Positions 54,101-64,000 of a stretch of 64,000 nt of DNA are shown here, in pieces (positions within the stretch are counted from its first letter, which is position 1; every line of letters starts with the position of its first letter). The notes beneath the pieces are model-generated. The model was not told where the DNA came from. It saw only the letters and a program-made list of their open reading frames with translations, and ran no database searches. A program made the translations under genes and the position numbers. Source of the DNA: Nitrospirota bacterium (GTDB lineage Bacteria > Nitrospirota > JACRHJ01); NCBI GenBank assembly GCA_963845245.1, contig CAWJRJ010000021.1, forward strand, positions 1 to 64,000. The letters are read 5' to 3'.

Positions 54101-54558
54101 TCAGGGCCGGCAGGCTGCTTATCAAGTCCGGCAAGCCAGCCGATGCGCTGGAACATTTCGATGCGGTTGTACAGGACAGGGATTACGCATCGGAGGCCCT
54201 GGTCGGAAAAGGCAGGGTGCTTATAATGGAAAATAAATTCGACGACGCGCTTTTGTCGCTGCGTAAAGCGCCCGACTATCCCGCGGATACGGCAGTCAGG
54301 GCCGAAGGATACAGCCTTGCGGGCGACGCCTGTTACAGCAAGGGAGATTTCAAGGGTGCCATAGTCGAGTATGTAAAAGCCACCCTGCTTGGTGATAGCG
54401 ATTTCAAAGGCCAGGCGCTTTTTGGCACCGCATCGTCTTATGCCGCTCTGGGCGAAAAGGACAAGGCCCTGGCTGCGTACAGGAAATACCTGGACGCTTA
54501 CCCTGATGGCAGCAAGTCATCGGAAGCAAAGGCCGCCATAAAAAAGCTTGAGGGTTAG
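51139..54558 (+). CDS. Secreted giant TPR protein (CpoB/BamD-like repeats)
   Basis: Signal peptide; more than 20 repeats of A.Y.LG..Y.....Y..A...F......YP.S. Confidence 0.88.
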   Translation: MNKRVVILLVFAATLLFLPCKSRAETPDEILKVAVQLYQNADYDLAADQFSKFLDMFPTDGRVPDALYGLGESDFAKGSVKEALAAFEKLAAGYPGSDKLSDAKLRVGDCQYLLRDYVKAVEAYQSFLAAYPDKDTRADALFMMGHSYVKLGNFEKAAAAFSEVENKYPASPKAVEAAFMAGESYAQLGDFTKARAAYQSVVSKEPGGKYGQKAAFRIADTAFLGGKYEEAKAGLDGFLQKYPDSEDAPLARMELGDAWLKTRGFENALIHYDTFINKYPTSDLLPEVEFRVAETLYQKQEYAKASEKYLGLLSKYPDADGRDRYMYGLGWSSFKLGDMKSSAEQFSRLVETYPESTYVVGSLLKLGEIYTRDKKYTEAADAFKKVLEKTKDSGEQKTARYGLAWAYYQAHMFKEAQVPLEEFLAASPTESEALDAKYLLSRCRLYLGDFLPAISGFTEIADKYKESPLAQDALMGLGESYERHDELYKAISAYRRLLKDYPDSPKKAEALFNIGRNYLEHENYAQALEGFDGLLTQVKESEFHERAYFGIAEAYYGSKDYAKARDNYLEYIKRYPQGSLREQALYGLAWSQMSLKEYKDSYDNFGKLAADFKDSQLVPEAVLEMGEALYSQEKYEDAAKAYTDVINRFKGTEPARKAVYVLAWANLKLGRLEDASGGFKAFSEGSPKDPLAAEADYQRALILVQKNDLDGGAVLLRAVIEKHGSEDVGTRAKLQLSKVLTAKGDSAGAQALIDDLKKGQSSLAQDADFQGGLVKFNGGDFSGSKKAFQEFMTAYPKSSYNNRATYFLALSQLNLKDYGPGSENLAKVAEGPDQELRPDAVYWLADSLYNQGRFADALNNYDMFISQYPDNKLMPEAEYGRAWALDKLGRTDEAKTAFKALTIKYPDGPHAADAWYKVGEYAFKGKAYEEVVTAFDKYLSLKKTGALVADARYQMAVAQEELGRSEDAVLSYKAVETAGGPLKGPSAIRAGRLLIKSGKPADALEHFDAVVQDRDYASEALVGKGRVLIMENKFDDALLSLRKAPDYPADTAVRAEGYSLAGDACYSKGDFKGAIVEYVKATLLGDSDFKGQALFGTASSYAALGEKDKALAAYRKYLDAYPDGSKSSEAKAAIKKLEG

Positions 54559-54589
54559 CTGGAAGTGATGGGTTTTAAAAGGAGGCAGT

Positions 54590-55558
54590 ATGAAAAGGGC
54601 CATTTTTGTTATACTCATCGTTGTCTGCGCCCTGCCGGCATATGCGGGCGAGGTACCGTCCACAGACGCTTGGAAGGCATACGTTGAGTCGGCCAAGGAC
54701 CCGGATCCGTCTGTAAGGCAGGAATCCGCAAAGAAGATGGGTGAGACCGGGGACAAAGGGTTGGTGGTGGTCCTGTCTGGCATGGCTATGGGCGACACCG
54801 ACGAAGGCGTAAGGGTTGCATCCATCGGTGCGCTCTCAGCTATTGGGGAAAGGTCTTCCCTGTCCGTGTACGAGAAGGCCATGTCGGACCAGAGCGAAAA
54901 GGTGCGCAGAAGCGCTGCCGAGGCCCTCTCCGGACGTTGGGAGGAAAGCTCTCAAAAAATCCTTATACAGGCTCTCAAATACGACAAGTCATCCAAGGTG
55001 AGACAGGGCGCTGCCGAGTCGCTCGCCAGTCCCGGTGTCATGGGAAGGCTTAAGGCGCACCACTGGGACGCTGCCGACGAATCAGAGGCCGCGCTTATAC
55101 AGGCGATGAAACAGGACGAAAGCTTCGAGGTGCGCGCGACCGCCGCAGGGGCCCTTGGGAAGTTCAAGAGCGGGAAGTCTTTTGAGCCGCTTATGGATGC
55201 ATTGGAAGACAAGAACGCATCGGTCAGGGCGGCTGCCGCGGAGTCCATCGGGATGTTTGACAAGCCGCAGGCGGTTGACCGGCTGCTCGATGTCCTTTTC
55301 TTCGAAAAGGATGACTCGGTCGTAGTCAGCGCGCTGAAGTCTCTTAAATACACCCAGGACCCCAGGCTTACCAAGCCGGTCATCCAGTCGCTCAAGTCAG
55401 GCAGCGCCAAGGTAAGGTGGCAGGCCATAGATGTCCTTGAGTCCCTGAAACCGGAGGAAAGCGTCGAGCCATTGAGGAAGATAGCGGAGGACAGGTATGA
55501 ACCCGATGGCCTAAAGGCCAAGGCGCACGAGGCGCTTCAACTCATGGGGGCTGAATAA
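54590..55558 (+). CDS. Secreted HEAT (PBS-lyase-like) repeat protein
   Basis: Signal peptide; repeated D....VR..AA..LG. Confidence 0.85.
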   Translation: MKRAIFVILIVVCALPAYAGEVPSTDAWKAYVESAKDPDPSVRQESAKKMGETGDKGLVVVLSGMAMGDTDEGVRVASIGALSAIGERSSLSVYEKAMSDQSEKVRRSAAEALSGRWEESSQKILIQALKYDKSSKVRQGAAESLASPGVMGRLKAHHWDAADESEAALIQAMKQDESFEVRATAAGALGKFKSGKSFEPLMDALEDKNASVRAAAAESIGMFDKPQAVDRLLDVLFFEKDDSVVVSALKSLKYTQDPRLTKPVIQSLKSGSAKVRWQAIDVLESLKPEESVEPLRKIAEDRYEPDGLKAKAHEALQLMGAE

Positions 55559-55561
55559 GAG

Positions 55562-56708
55562 GTGGAAATGTCTGGATACGAACGGCTCGGAAAAGCTCTG
55601 GAAAATATATTCACGATAAACCTTGGCGTGGCGCAGGGCGAGAGGGTGCTGGTGTTCACTGATACGATACCAGACGGCTTGGTAATTGACGATGTACAAC
55701 GCTCAAGGCGGGAAGGTCTCGTAAGGATAGCGAGGGCTGCCTCCGATGCGGGCCGCCGCCTCGGGATAGACGTGGTATATACGGATTTTCCGGCGCTAGG
55801 CAGCCACGGGATGGAACCGGATGCAGGGCTTTGGAGGTTGGCGTTCGGCGACAGCGCAACATCCGAGCTTGAGAAAACAGGTATTCTTGCCCGCTTGAGG
55901 GAGAAAAAAACCTTTCCAGATGATGTTAAGCGCGCCCGAGATATTGTGGAGAGGTACAAGGATGAGGCGGTAGACGCGGTAATTGCTCTTTCGAACCACT
56001 CGACAAGCCATACTCGGTTCCGTGACCTTCTTACGTCGGTTGCGGGCACCAGGTATGCCAGCATGCCCTTGTTCGAGGAGGACATGCTATGGGGGGCTAT
56101 GTCGGCCGACTGGGACGCCGTCGAGAAAAGGAGCCGGGCTGTCTTATCGGTGGTGGACGGCGCCGCAAGGGCCAGGATTACGACACCGGACGGTAGCGAC
56201 ATATCATTCAGTCATAGAGGGCAGAACGCCGATGCTGGATACAGGCATGCTTAAGGAGCCTGGTTCATTCAGCAACCTCCCGGCCGGCGAGGTTTATCTT
56301 GCTCCGGTGGAAGGCACAGCCGAAGGGGTGCTTGTCCTTAACTGGGCCCCGAACAGAAAGCTTGCCTCGCCGATTAGGGTCAAGGTTGAGAGAGGGCGCG
56401 CGCAGGAGGTTTCCGGCGACGAGCCGTTTGTTGCCGAATTTATTGGGAACCTGGACAGGTTCCCGGACAACAGGAACGTTGCCGAACTTGGGATTGGTAC
56501 GAACGACAGGGCGTCGAGACCCGACAACGTCCTTGAATCCGAAAAGATACTCGGCACTATACATATCGCCTTCGGGGACAATAGCTCTATGGGAGGGACA
56601 GTCAGCACGCCGTTCCATCAGGACTTCGTGTTTTTTAGCCCTACCCTGACTGTCGAAAAAAATGGTTTGGTGCAGTCTGTCATATTGGACGGCAGGCTTA
56701 CGGTATAA
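55562..56708 (+). CDS. Aminopeptidase, M29 thermophilic metalloprotease-like (frameshift near 56215)
   Basis: SHTRFR, RYASMP, NLPAGEVYLAP, AELGIGTN, ESEKILGTIHIAFGDN...GG....FHQD. Confidence 0.85.
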
Positions 56709-56709
56709 G

Positions 56710-59411
56710 ATGCCACAAAATAAAGAAGACGGGTTGAGCGGTAAACATTCAAGGCCGGCCTATATTGCGGTCATTGTGTTGTTTCTGGTCTTCGCGCTGT
56801 CGATAACTGCGCTGTTCTCCAACTACTTCAATACTAAAAAAGAACTAGAAGAAGATTTTACGCAGGAAAAAATTGTTCATGTCCGTTATACCGCCAGGGA
56901 GGTCGAAGATTTCCTGACCCACGAGCAGGTAGCCCTTTCTAATATTGCCGGATTTCTGTCGCTGTCCGGGAGTCTTGACAAGGGCAGGACGGTATTGGAA
57001 CAGTTTCTCAAATCACATAATAGACAGCCCAAGTTTTTTTCCTTCTTAGTGCTCGACCCGAACGGCAGGTTCCTCTATTCGGTGCCGGAGTCCCTGGATG
57101 ACAGGCACATGCAGGATTTATCCCAGGAGCGGTTTTTCTCGGATGTGGCCAAGCAGGGCGGAGATTCCTATTCCAGTATTGGTGCAGCCAAGGCTGGCGA
57201 GACCAGCATAATCTACTCAGTCCCTGTGAGGAGAGGCGGAAAATTACTGGGAGTGCTTGTGGGGAAGGTCAACGTGAAAGCGCTTGAGCAGATGTATATA
57301 GGCAAACTGGCCACCATCTTCTGGAGGCACTGCCCTCCTGTTCGACGACAAGGGAGGTGTCCTTGCACAGCAGGGGCCTGAGCCTGGTAAGGGTATTGAT
57401 GTATCAGGCTTGTTCAAGAATATCCCGCAAGGAAATGAAGGTTTTGTCCTGATGGAGTCACCATCCACCGGAAAACCCCTGCTGAAAGCCTACTCGCCGT
57501 TGGATTTTGGAGACGCCAAATTTACGGTAGGCCTGGTGCTGCCTGCTGACCAACTTTTCGACGATGCGAGGTCAGACCTTGAGACCACCCTACTTATCAT
57601 ATCCCTGATGACCCTTGTCTTTTCATGGGCGCTCATTTCTGTTGCCAGGTCGAGCAGGTACAAGGCTGGTATGGAGGAACGGACAAGGCTGTCGAATTAT
57701 CTGATGCTTAGAAACAGAGAATTGACGGCTCTGAACGAGCTTTCAAGGGAGATCGGCGGAGTAGGCGAACTTGGAGCCATGCTGTCGAAGGCACTGGACA
57801 TCATAGTGGAACACGTGGAAGCCAGGGGTGGCGCGATACGGTTGCTATCTGATAACGGGAACTGCCTTGAGCTGAAGGCCCAAATGGGCATGCCAGCAGG
57901 TTTTGCGGACAGGGCCCTTTGCCTTGACGTCGCTCAGTGTCTTTGCGGACAGACCTTGTCTGGGGGCAAGCCTGCAAGTATGGAAGGCCCGGTACCGGCA
58001 CAGGCACAGGGGGCTTGTATGGAAGGCTGGGAAGGCGATGTCACGCTTGTGCCCTTGACCGCTGGGAGTAGGCAGATTGGCATATTGTACCTATGGGGCC
58101 ACGGTGAGTGGGAGAGCCCGGAAGAGCTGGAAAACTTCCTGCTGGCTTACGGCAACCAGTTGTCATCCAACATAGAGAACATGCTACAGATTGAAGACAC
58201 CAAAAGGTATGCTGCGAGAGCCGGCGCGCTTTTCCAGACCGCGCAGGCGCTTGACAAGGAGCCTTGACCTGGATGACCTTCTTGAGATAATAATGAAAGA
58301 GGCCGCTGCCCTTCTTAAAGTAAAAAGGTCCCTTCTCATGTTGTACAGCGAGGAGGAAAACCTGATAGACTGCCGGGTGGCGCTCGGTTTCCCGGACTCG
58401 CCCGCAGGTAGCCTCTCGTTCAACCCTTCCGGAGTATTCTGGGAGGCCATGGAGGACGGCGGGGTCAAGGTGGTTGACCTGCGCCATGCAAAGGTGGAGA
58501 TGCCCCGCAGGTTTTTTGAGCGGATCGGATTCCAGGCGTTTATACTCGTACCGCTCATGTCGAAGGGTAAGGTGCTGGGGTTCATAGTCCTTGAGCCGGA
58601 GGAGATAGGCGGGATATCGGCAGAGGACCTTAAGATGGTGGTCGGGTTTGCAAACCAGGCGGCGGTGGCAATCGAGACGTCTTCATTTTACATACGTACG
58701 GTGGAGAGGTACAACTGAGGACCTGCAACAGCTTTCAAGCAGGATAATATCGGCTCAGGAGGAGGAGAGGAAGAGGATATCAAGGGACTTGCATGACGAA
58801 CTCGGGCAGGTGCTGACTGCAACGAAAATAAACCTGGACATGATACATGCCGGGATCCCGCCTCGACTCGAACAGCTCAAGACAAGGATAGGCGATGCGA
58901 TCGGCCTTGTGGTTTCGGCGCTTGACAGCGTCAGGAGGCTGTCTTTCGACCTAAGGCCTTCAATGCTTGACGACCTTGGCCTCCTGACGGTGGTTGGAAA
59001 ACTGGTTTCTGATTTCAAAAAGCGTTCCGGGATAGACGTGGAATTTAATGCGGAAGAATCTGGAGGACAGGCTTGACGCGCAGGTCGAGGTTACGCTTTA
59101 CAGGGTTATTCAGGAGGCCCTCACAAATATTCTGAAACATCGCAGACGCCGCAAAGGCCGTTATCAGCCTGAAACGGAACCTGGAGAAAGGTACTGTCTC
59201 CCTTTCCATAGAGGACGACGGCGTAGGTTTTGCAGCCCATGCCGAGCAGCAGGACAGAGATAACAGGGGGTTCGGCCTTATGGGCATAAGGGAGCGGGTT
59301 TCGCTGTTGGGCGGAAATTTCAGGATTTTTTCGGATGAAGGAAAAGGCACAAAACTTTTAATTGATATCCCTTGTTTGAAAGGAGAAAGCAATTCATGGA
59401 AGACACTCTGA
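56710..59411 (+). CDS. Membrane sensor histidine kinase (Cache-TM-GAF-GAF-HisKA_3-HATPase), several frameshifts
   Basis: TM-Cache-TM; two GAF domains; QEEERKRISRDLHDELGQ; YRVIQEALTNILKH; IEDDGVGF; GFGLMGIRER. Confidence 0.88.
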
Positions 59412-60065
59412 AGATACTGCTCGTGGATGACCATACGATCGTGAGGCAGGGGTTGAAGGCGCTCCTCGAGGCACAGGCGGGCTTTACCATTGTAGGGGAG
59501 GCCGAAAACGGCAGGGAGGCGGTCAAGAAGGCCCAGGAGCTTAACCCCTGACATCGTTATAATGGATATAGCAATGCCCGTACTTAACGGGCTGGAAGCT
59601 ACCAGGCAGATAAAGAGGGCGCTTCCGGACACCAAGGTGCTGGCGCTCACTATGTACAACGACGAGGAGTACGTCTTCCAGATACTCAAATCCGGAGCTT
59701 CCGGCTACCTCATAAAGGAGACGGCGGCGAACGAACTTATCGCCGCCATACTGTCCCTCCAAAAAGGGAACCCGTTCTTCTCCCCATCCATATCCAGGAA
59801 GATAATGGAAAGCTACCTGAACGAGGACGAAGACAAAAAAGGCAAGGGTGAATCCGATAAACTAACGAACAGGGAGAAGGAGGTCCTCCAGCTTATCGCC
59901 GAAGGATACACAAACAACGAGATCGCCAACCTTATGAACATCAGCGTCAAAACCGTTGAGACGCACAGGGCGCATGTGATGAGCAAACTCGATATACATG
60001 ATGTAGCAGGGCTCATTAAATATGCAATTAAGAAAGGTTTGGTGGTTTTGGACTCGGGTCCTTAA
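59396..60065 (+). CDS. NarL/LuxR-family response regulator (frameshift near 59545)
   Basis: LLVDDHTIVRQG, MDIAMPVLNG, LTNREKEVL...G.TN.EIA...ISVKTVETHR. Confidence 0.92.
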
Positions 60066-60501
60066 GGAGCTGAGTTCTCGCAGGTTTTTCGCGCCTTGCG
60101 CGGTTCTGCTCATTCAGGACGTGCTGCTATTGAGCGAAAAGAAGCTTCTCCGGTGTATATCTCCCGTCATCGGGTTGGCCGGAGACAGCTTCTTCCCCCA
60201 TCAAAAGTTTTTTGCCGAATTTTAATTTTCATCCTCCTCTCGTATTTTCCGTAGAAATCCAAGTATTTTGGAGTCCATCGTAAAAATCCGCCTGCGTAAA
60301 AGTGCCTCCGTAGTGAAAATAAAATTAAAAAGGTACGGTTGTTGCACTTATAAATGGTTGAATAATAAGGGAAATTCCTTAGATGAGACTCAGGTCTTTA
60401 TTTTAGAGATATACATTGATGGCCCTATATAACAACAAGAACATTAATCAGGTATTTTAGTTTTTTAAAGAATAAACACTTAGAGAAAAGGCGGTGTAAA
60501 C

Positions 60502-62607
60502 ATGAAAAGGACGTTATTTACGGTGATGGTAGCCCTGGCAATACTGACAGGCGCCTATAGCATCGCTGGCGCGGCGGATGGTCCCCATACGGACTACCGG
60601 CCTGATGCAAGCGACACCTCAAACTCCGGACGCTACTACGGGGGCTGCAATGGGGCGGCCTGCCATATTACAACTTCAGTGACATTCCTGCCCACTGTCC
60701 TTGACACGACGGCCCCTAACGAAAAGGACTATACCAACTTCTGTCTTGCCTGCCACAACGCGGCGGGTGAGGCACACAACAAGTCGGCTGGCACCCCATC
60801 TAACAACGTATATAAAGGTAGCACTACCATCCTTGGCAATAGCGGCGTTTCGCACAGCTGGAACGGCAATATCCACAACGCCGGCACCACCACCCCGACC
60901 TCTCCGGGTTTCGTAGCGGTCGTCGACGGTACCGACTATATGCCTGGTACGAACAAGAGGGTGACCTGCCAGACCTGCCACAACGCCATGACCAAGAATA
61001 CCACCAACAACACTACCCAGAATATAGAGAACTGGGTCACTGCCACCAGTTCTAACGGCACCAGCTACACCATCTTGGGTTATCCCAACACCTCCCAGTA
61101 CCTTGGAAAATATATAAAGGTCTACCGCTCCAACGGTGGCACGCCGATAAGCCAGCCGTATAATACCCGCGATAGGTACAAATACCTTGTAGACCCGTCG
61201 CAGTACACCTATAACCCCCTTAATGGCACGATAACCTTCAATACCTCACAGACAGGTAACAGCATATACGTTGAGATACCGCAGCCTTACCTGAGGGTGG
61301 ATAACACGGCAAACGCAATATGCCTCGACTGCCACAGAGACCGCACCTCAAGCAGCGTCTCGCACGCCCCCGGCACCGGCACCAAAAACGGCCACCCCGT
61401 CTCGGTTAATTACGGTTACAACTTCGGCTTGCACAGCACTCTCAAACCTTCTGCGACCGGCAACGCCTATACAGAGGGTGGCAAGGTATACTGCACCTCT
61501 TGCCATGACCCGCATAACGCGGCTTCAAAGAACGGCCAGATAATGCGTGAGGCGGACGACCAGACTCTCTGCGGCGATTGTCACAAGACCAAGTTGGGCG
61601 GTTACTCTACGGCTGGTTCAGTCAACATCCATAACGGCTCCAAGCACCTCAATGGTCCGACCGTCTGCCTTGACTGCCACAGCACCCATAACGACAACAA
61701 CATAATGCTTATAAAGAGCGTGATAAACGGCAAGACAATAAACTTCCAGAACTTCTCCGGTGCGAACAGCTTCGGCAACGACAGCGGTTCAAGCATATGC
61801 GAGGCCTGTCACTCGACCACAAGCCACCACCTGGCGAGCAACGACCCCAGCGGCCAGGGCCACAACACAGGAAAGAACTGCATAATCTGCCACAAGCATG
61901 AGACGGGTTTCCAGGCCACTGGATGCACCACTTGCCACGGACAGCCGCCAGCGGCTGGCAGCGTTCCTTCAGGCTGGGCCGGCGACGGAGAAAAGCATAC
62001 CGCTCATATGGGTTATATACTCACCAAGTTCGGCCTGAGCGGAACCAACGCCTGCGCCTGCTGCCACGGCAGCACCATACCGAGGGCCGACCACAACAAC
62101 CCGGCGAATTGCACTGCAGGCATAGACACCACATCGCCGATATACTGGAACGGCGGCACGTTCTCGAATCCCGGGCTATGTAAGAACCCAACCTCGGATA
62201 CCTGTACAAACGTCGCCTGCCACAGCGCAACAGGCACCAGAAATTGGTTCGGCGCGAGCGGGTGCGACAGCTGCCACCCGTACCCTGGCTCGGCCACTAA
62301 CGTCTGGCCTTCTACCAACGGCCACAGCATCCAGGTTGACGCGCCCAAGTTAGGGCATATGGCGGCGAGCGGATACAACGCGGCCACCGATACATATGCC
62401 GCGATGGTGGCGGACCCGACCAGGTGCGGCAAGTGCCACCCGAACGTGCCCTCGAACCATCAGAACGGCACGATAAACCTCAGCCCGAACGGGTACGCGG
62501 CCTGCGGCGGCGGCAACTTCACGATAAACCAGACAGTGACCCGTACGACAGTTACCTGCGATAACGTCTTGTGCCACACCGGCAAGACTACACCGAATTG
62601 GTGGTAA
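60502..62607 (+). CDS. Secreted multiheme cytochrome c (12 CxxCH and 3 CxxxxCH)
   Basis: Signal peptide; manual motif count; paired CxxCH (CTSCHDPH...LCGDCH) and Geobacter-type CxxxxCH...CxxCH units. Confidence 0.92.
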   Translation: MKRTLFTVMVALAILTGAYSIAGAADGPHTDYRPDASDTSNSGRYYGGCNGAACHITTSVTFLPTVLDTTAPNEKDYTNFCLACHNAAGEAHNKSAGTPSNNVYKGSTTILGNSGVSHSWNGNIHNAGTTTPTSPGFVAVVDGTDYMPGTNKRVTCQTCHNAMTKNTTNNTTQNIENWVTATSSNGTSYTILGYPNTSQYLGKYIKVYRSNGGTPISQPYNTRDRYKYLVDPSQYTYNPLNGTITFNTSQTGNSIYVEIPQPYLRVDNTANAICLDCHRDRTSSSVSHAPGTGTKNGHPVSVNYGYNFGLHSTLKPSATGNAYTEGGKVYCTSCHDPHNAASKNGQIMREADDQTLCGDCHKTKLGGYSTAGSVNIHNGSKHLNGPTVCLDCHSTHNDNNIMLIKSVINGKTINFQNFSGANSFGNDSGSSICEACHSTTSHHLASNDPSGQGHNTGKNCIICHKHETGFQATGCTTCHGQPPAAGSVPSGWAGDGEKHTAHMGYILTKFGLSGTNACACCHGSTIPRADHNNPANCTAGIDTTSPIYWNGGTFSNPGLCKNPTSDTCTNVACHSATGTRNWFGASGCDSCHPYPGSATNVWPSTNGHSIQVDAPKLGHMAASGYNAATDTYAAMVADPTRCGKCHPNVPSNHQNGTINLSPNGYAACGGGNFTINQTVTRTTVTCDNVLCHTGKTTPNWW

Positions 62608-62741
62608 TAGTTAATAACAATCAAAGAAATGGAGGAATGAGGTAAAGAAAGAGTTTTAAGGTTTATATGGGTTTGGATTCTTAATGGAAAGACTAATCTG
62701 TTGAATTCGGTACGTTGATTACTCAACAAGGGAGAAAGAAA

Positions 62742-64000
62742 ATGACTAAATTGAAACTGATGCTAGCGACGGCCATGGTAGTCGGCCTCTCGCTCGCCTT
62801 CGCAGGGTCCGCCCTTGCGGCGACTATATCATGCGGCCAGTGCCATGGCGCCTACATCAACGACAACCACGGCGGAAAGACATTGATGCCGGGCGTGTCT
62901 GCGACTGAGGACACCAAGACACCGCAGGCCGGCGACATATGCAACAACAATGGCCGCGGCCTGCACGGCATCCATATGAACTACTCCTCGGTAAGCTACG
63001 GCAAGACCGGCGCTACGAGGGGCAACTGCAACTACTGCCACAACAAGCATGTACATGAGAACGGCTTCGTGGAAATGTCCGGATACAGCCCGGCTTCCGC
63101 TATTGGCCAGGTAGGCAACTTTACCATAACCAACGGCGGCACCGGCTATGTCGGCGGCGATCCGGGCGGCGACTATGTCACCGTAGTCGGCGGCAACGGC
63201 GACGCACAGGCGTTGGTTACTACGGTTAGCGCCGGTGGCGTTATAACTGGTCTTTCCATGGGCGCGCATGGCCACAGCAAGGGCAGTGGCTATACTACTG
63301 GTTCTGCCAACATCTCGGGCGGGTCCGGCACGGGCGCTGTCATAAGCATAACCTCGATCACCAACAACGGTTACCGTCAGTCGGTTACTTCAGCCGGCCT
63401 GGTAGTCTCCGGCCCCGGTATGACCGCAAACGGCCTTGACATCACGCAGATGACCGGTAATGCAAACTGCGCCACCGCCTGCCACAAGGGCACCAGCGCA
63501 ACCAACACCGCGCCGTGGGGCAACTTCACGACGCCGAGCATCCACCTGACCTGCAACAGCTGCCACGGTGACGCCTCCAACTACGGGCCCACCGCATCGA
63601 ACACCGGCCTCGGCAACGGCTTCTCCGGCACCGGCGGCCACAAGGTGCACCTGTACTCTGTCGGCGGAAGCCACGGCAACCAGCTGCTCGGCGGCACCAA
63701 GATCGTGCTTGGCAGCTTCTCCACCGTCATCGACATGAACGGCAACAGCGACAAGGTCTGCGCGGCCTGCCACCCGGACAACACGAACGACCTTTGGAGC
63801 CAGGGCAGGGCGGACGACGGCAGCAAGAAGGCCTACCCGCACGCGACAGACGGTACCAACGTCCAGGCTAAGAATGCGAACTTCGCTGCCCCTGCCGGCA
63901 TAGTCGTTCACGAACGCGTCGGGCCTTACTCGACACCACTGGCAAACTGTCATGCACCAACTCCTGCCATTTCAACAAGTCGTCAGTGCAGAGCGCCGAC
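62742..64000 (+). CDS. Secreted multiheme cytochrome c, runs off the window (not in the ORF track)
   Basis: MTKLKLMLATAMVVGLSLAFAGSALA signal; CGQCH, CNYCH, CATACH, CNSCH, CAACH, and CTNSCH after a probable frameshift near 63900. Confidence 0.85.
   Translation, partial: MTKLKLMLATAMVVGLSLAFAGSALAATISCGQCHGAYINDNHGGKTLMPGVSATEDTKTPQAGDICNNNGRGLHGIHMNYSSVSYGKTGATRGNCNYCHNKHVHENGFVEMSGYSPASAIGQVGNFTITNGGTGYVGGDPGGDYVTVVGGNGDAQALVTTVSAGGVITGLSMGAHGHSKGSGYTTGSANISGGSGTGAVISITSITNNGYRQSVTSAGLVVSGPGMTANGLDITQMTGNANCATACHKGTSATNTAPWGNFTTPSIHLTCNSCHGDASNYGPTASNTGLGNGFSGTGGHKVHLYSVGGSHGNQLLGGTKIVLGSFSTVIDMNGNSDKVCAACHPDNTNDLWSQGRADDGSKKAYPHATDGTNVQAKNANFAAPAGIVVHERVGPYSTPLANCHAPTPAISTSRQCRAP

Overview
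The window joins two unrelated sequences. Bases 1 to ~4420 are AT-rich and look thaumarchaeal (Nitrososphaerota-like): cobalamin methyltransferases, a MurI-like racemase with both catalytic Cys replaced by Ser, a CdvB/ESCRT-III gene and a PEF-CTERM-type protein. From ~4420 onward it is a GC-richer anaerobic bacterium; Nitrospirota- or Desulfobacterota-like is my inference, not a measured placement. The bacterial part contains, in order: an SCO/cytochrome c/NosL/ABC cluster; a complete ~13-kb Mo-nitrogenase cluster (nifHDK, fused nifEN, nifX, two PII genes, fdxB, nifQ, modBAC, nifV, nifB) with two sigma54 promoters and NifA-type UAS, bracketed by a diverged 210-bp direct repeat downstream of the tmRNA gene; the dissimilatory sulfate-reduction genes sat-aprBA-qmoABC; an unusual TonB-anchor/YfaP + giant TPR + HEAT envelope cluster; a Cache/GAF histidine kinase with a NarL-type regulator; and two large secreted multiheme cytochromes. 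Many genes carry single-base frameshifts, most likely long-read consensus errors rather than real pseudogenisation. All calls are by eye from motifs; no database search was run.
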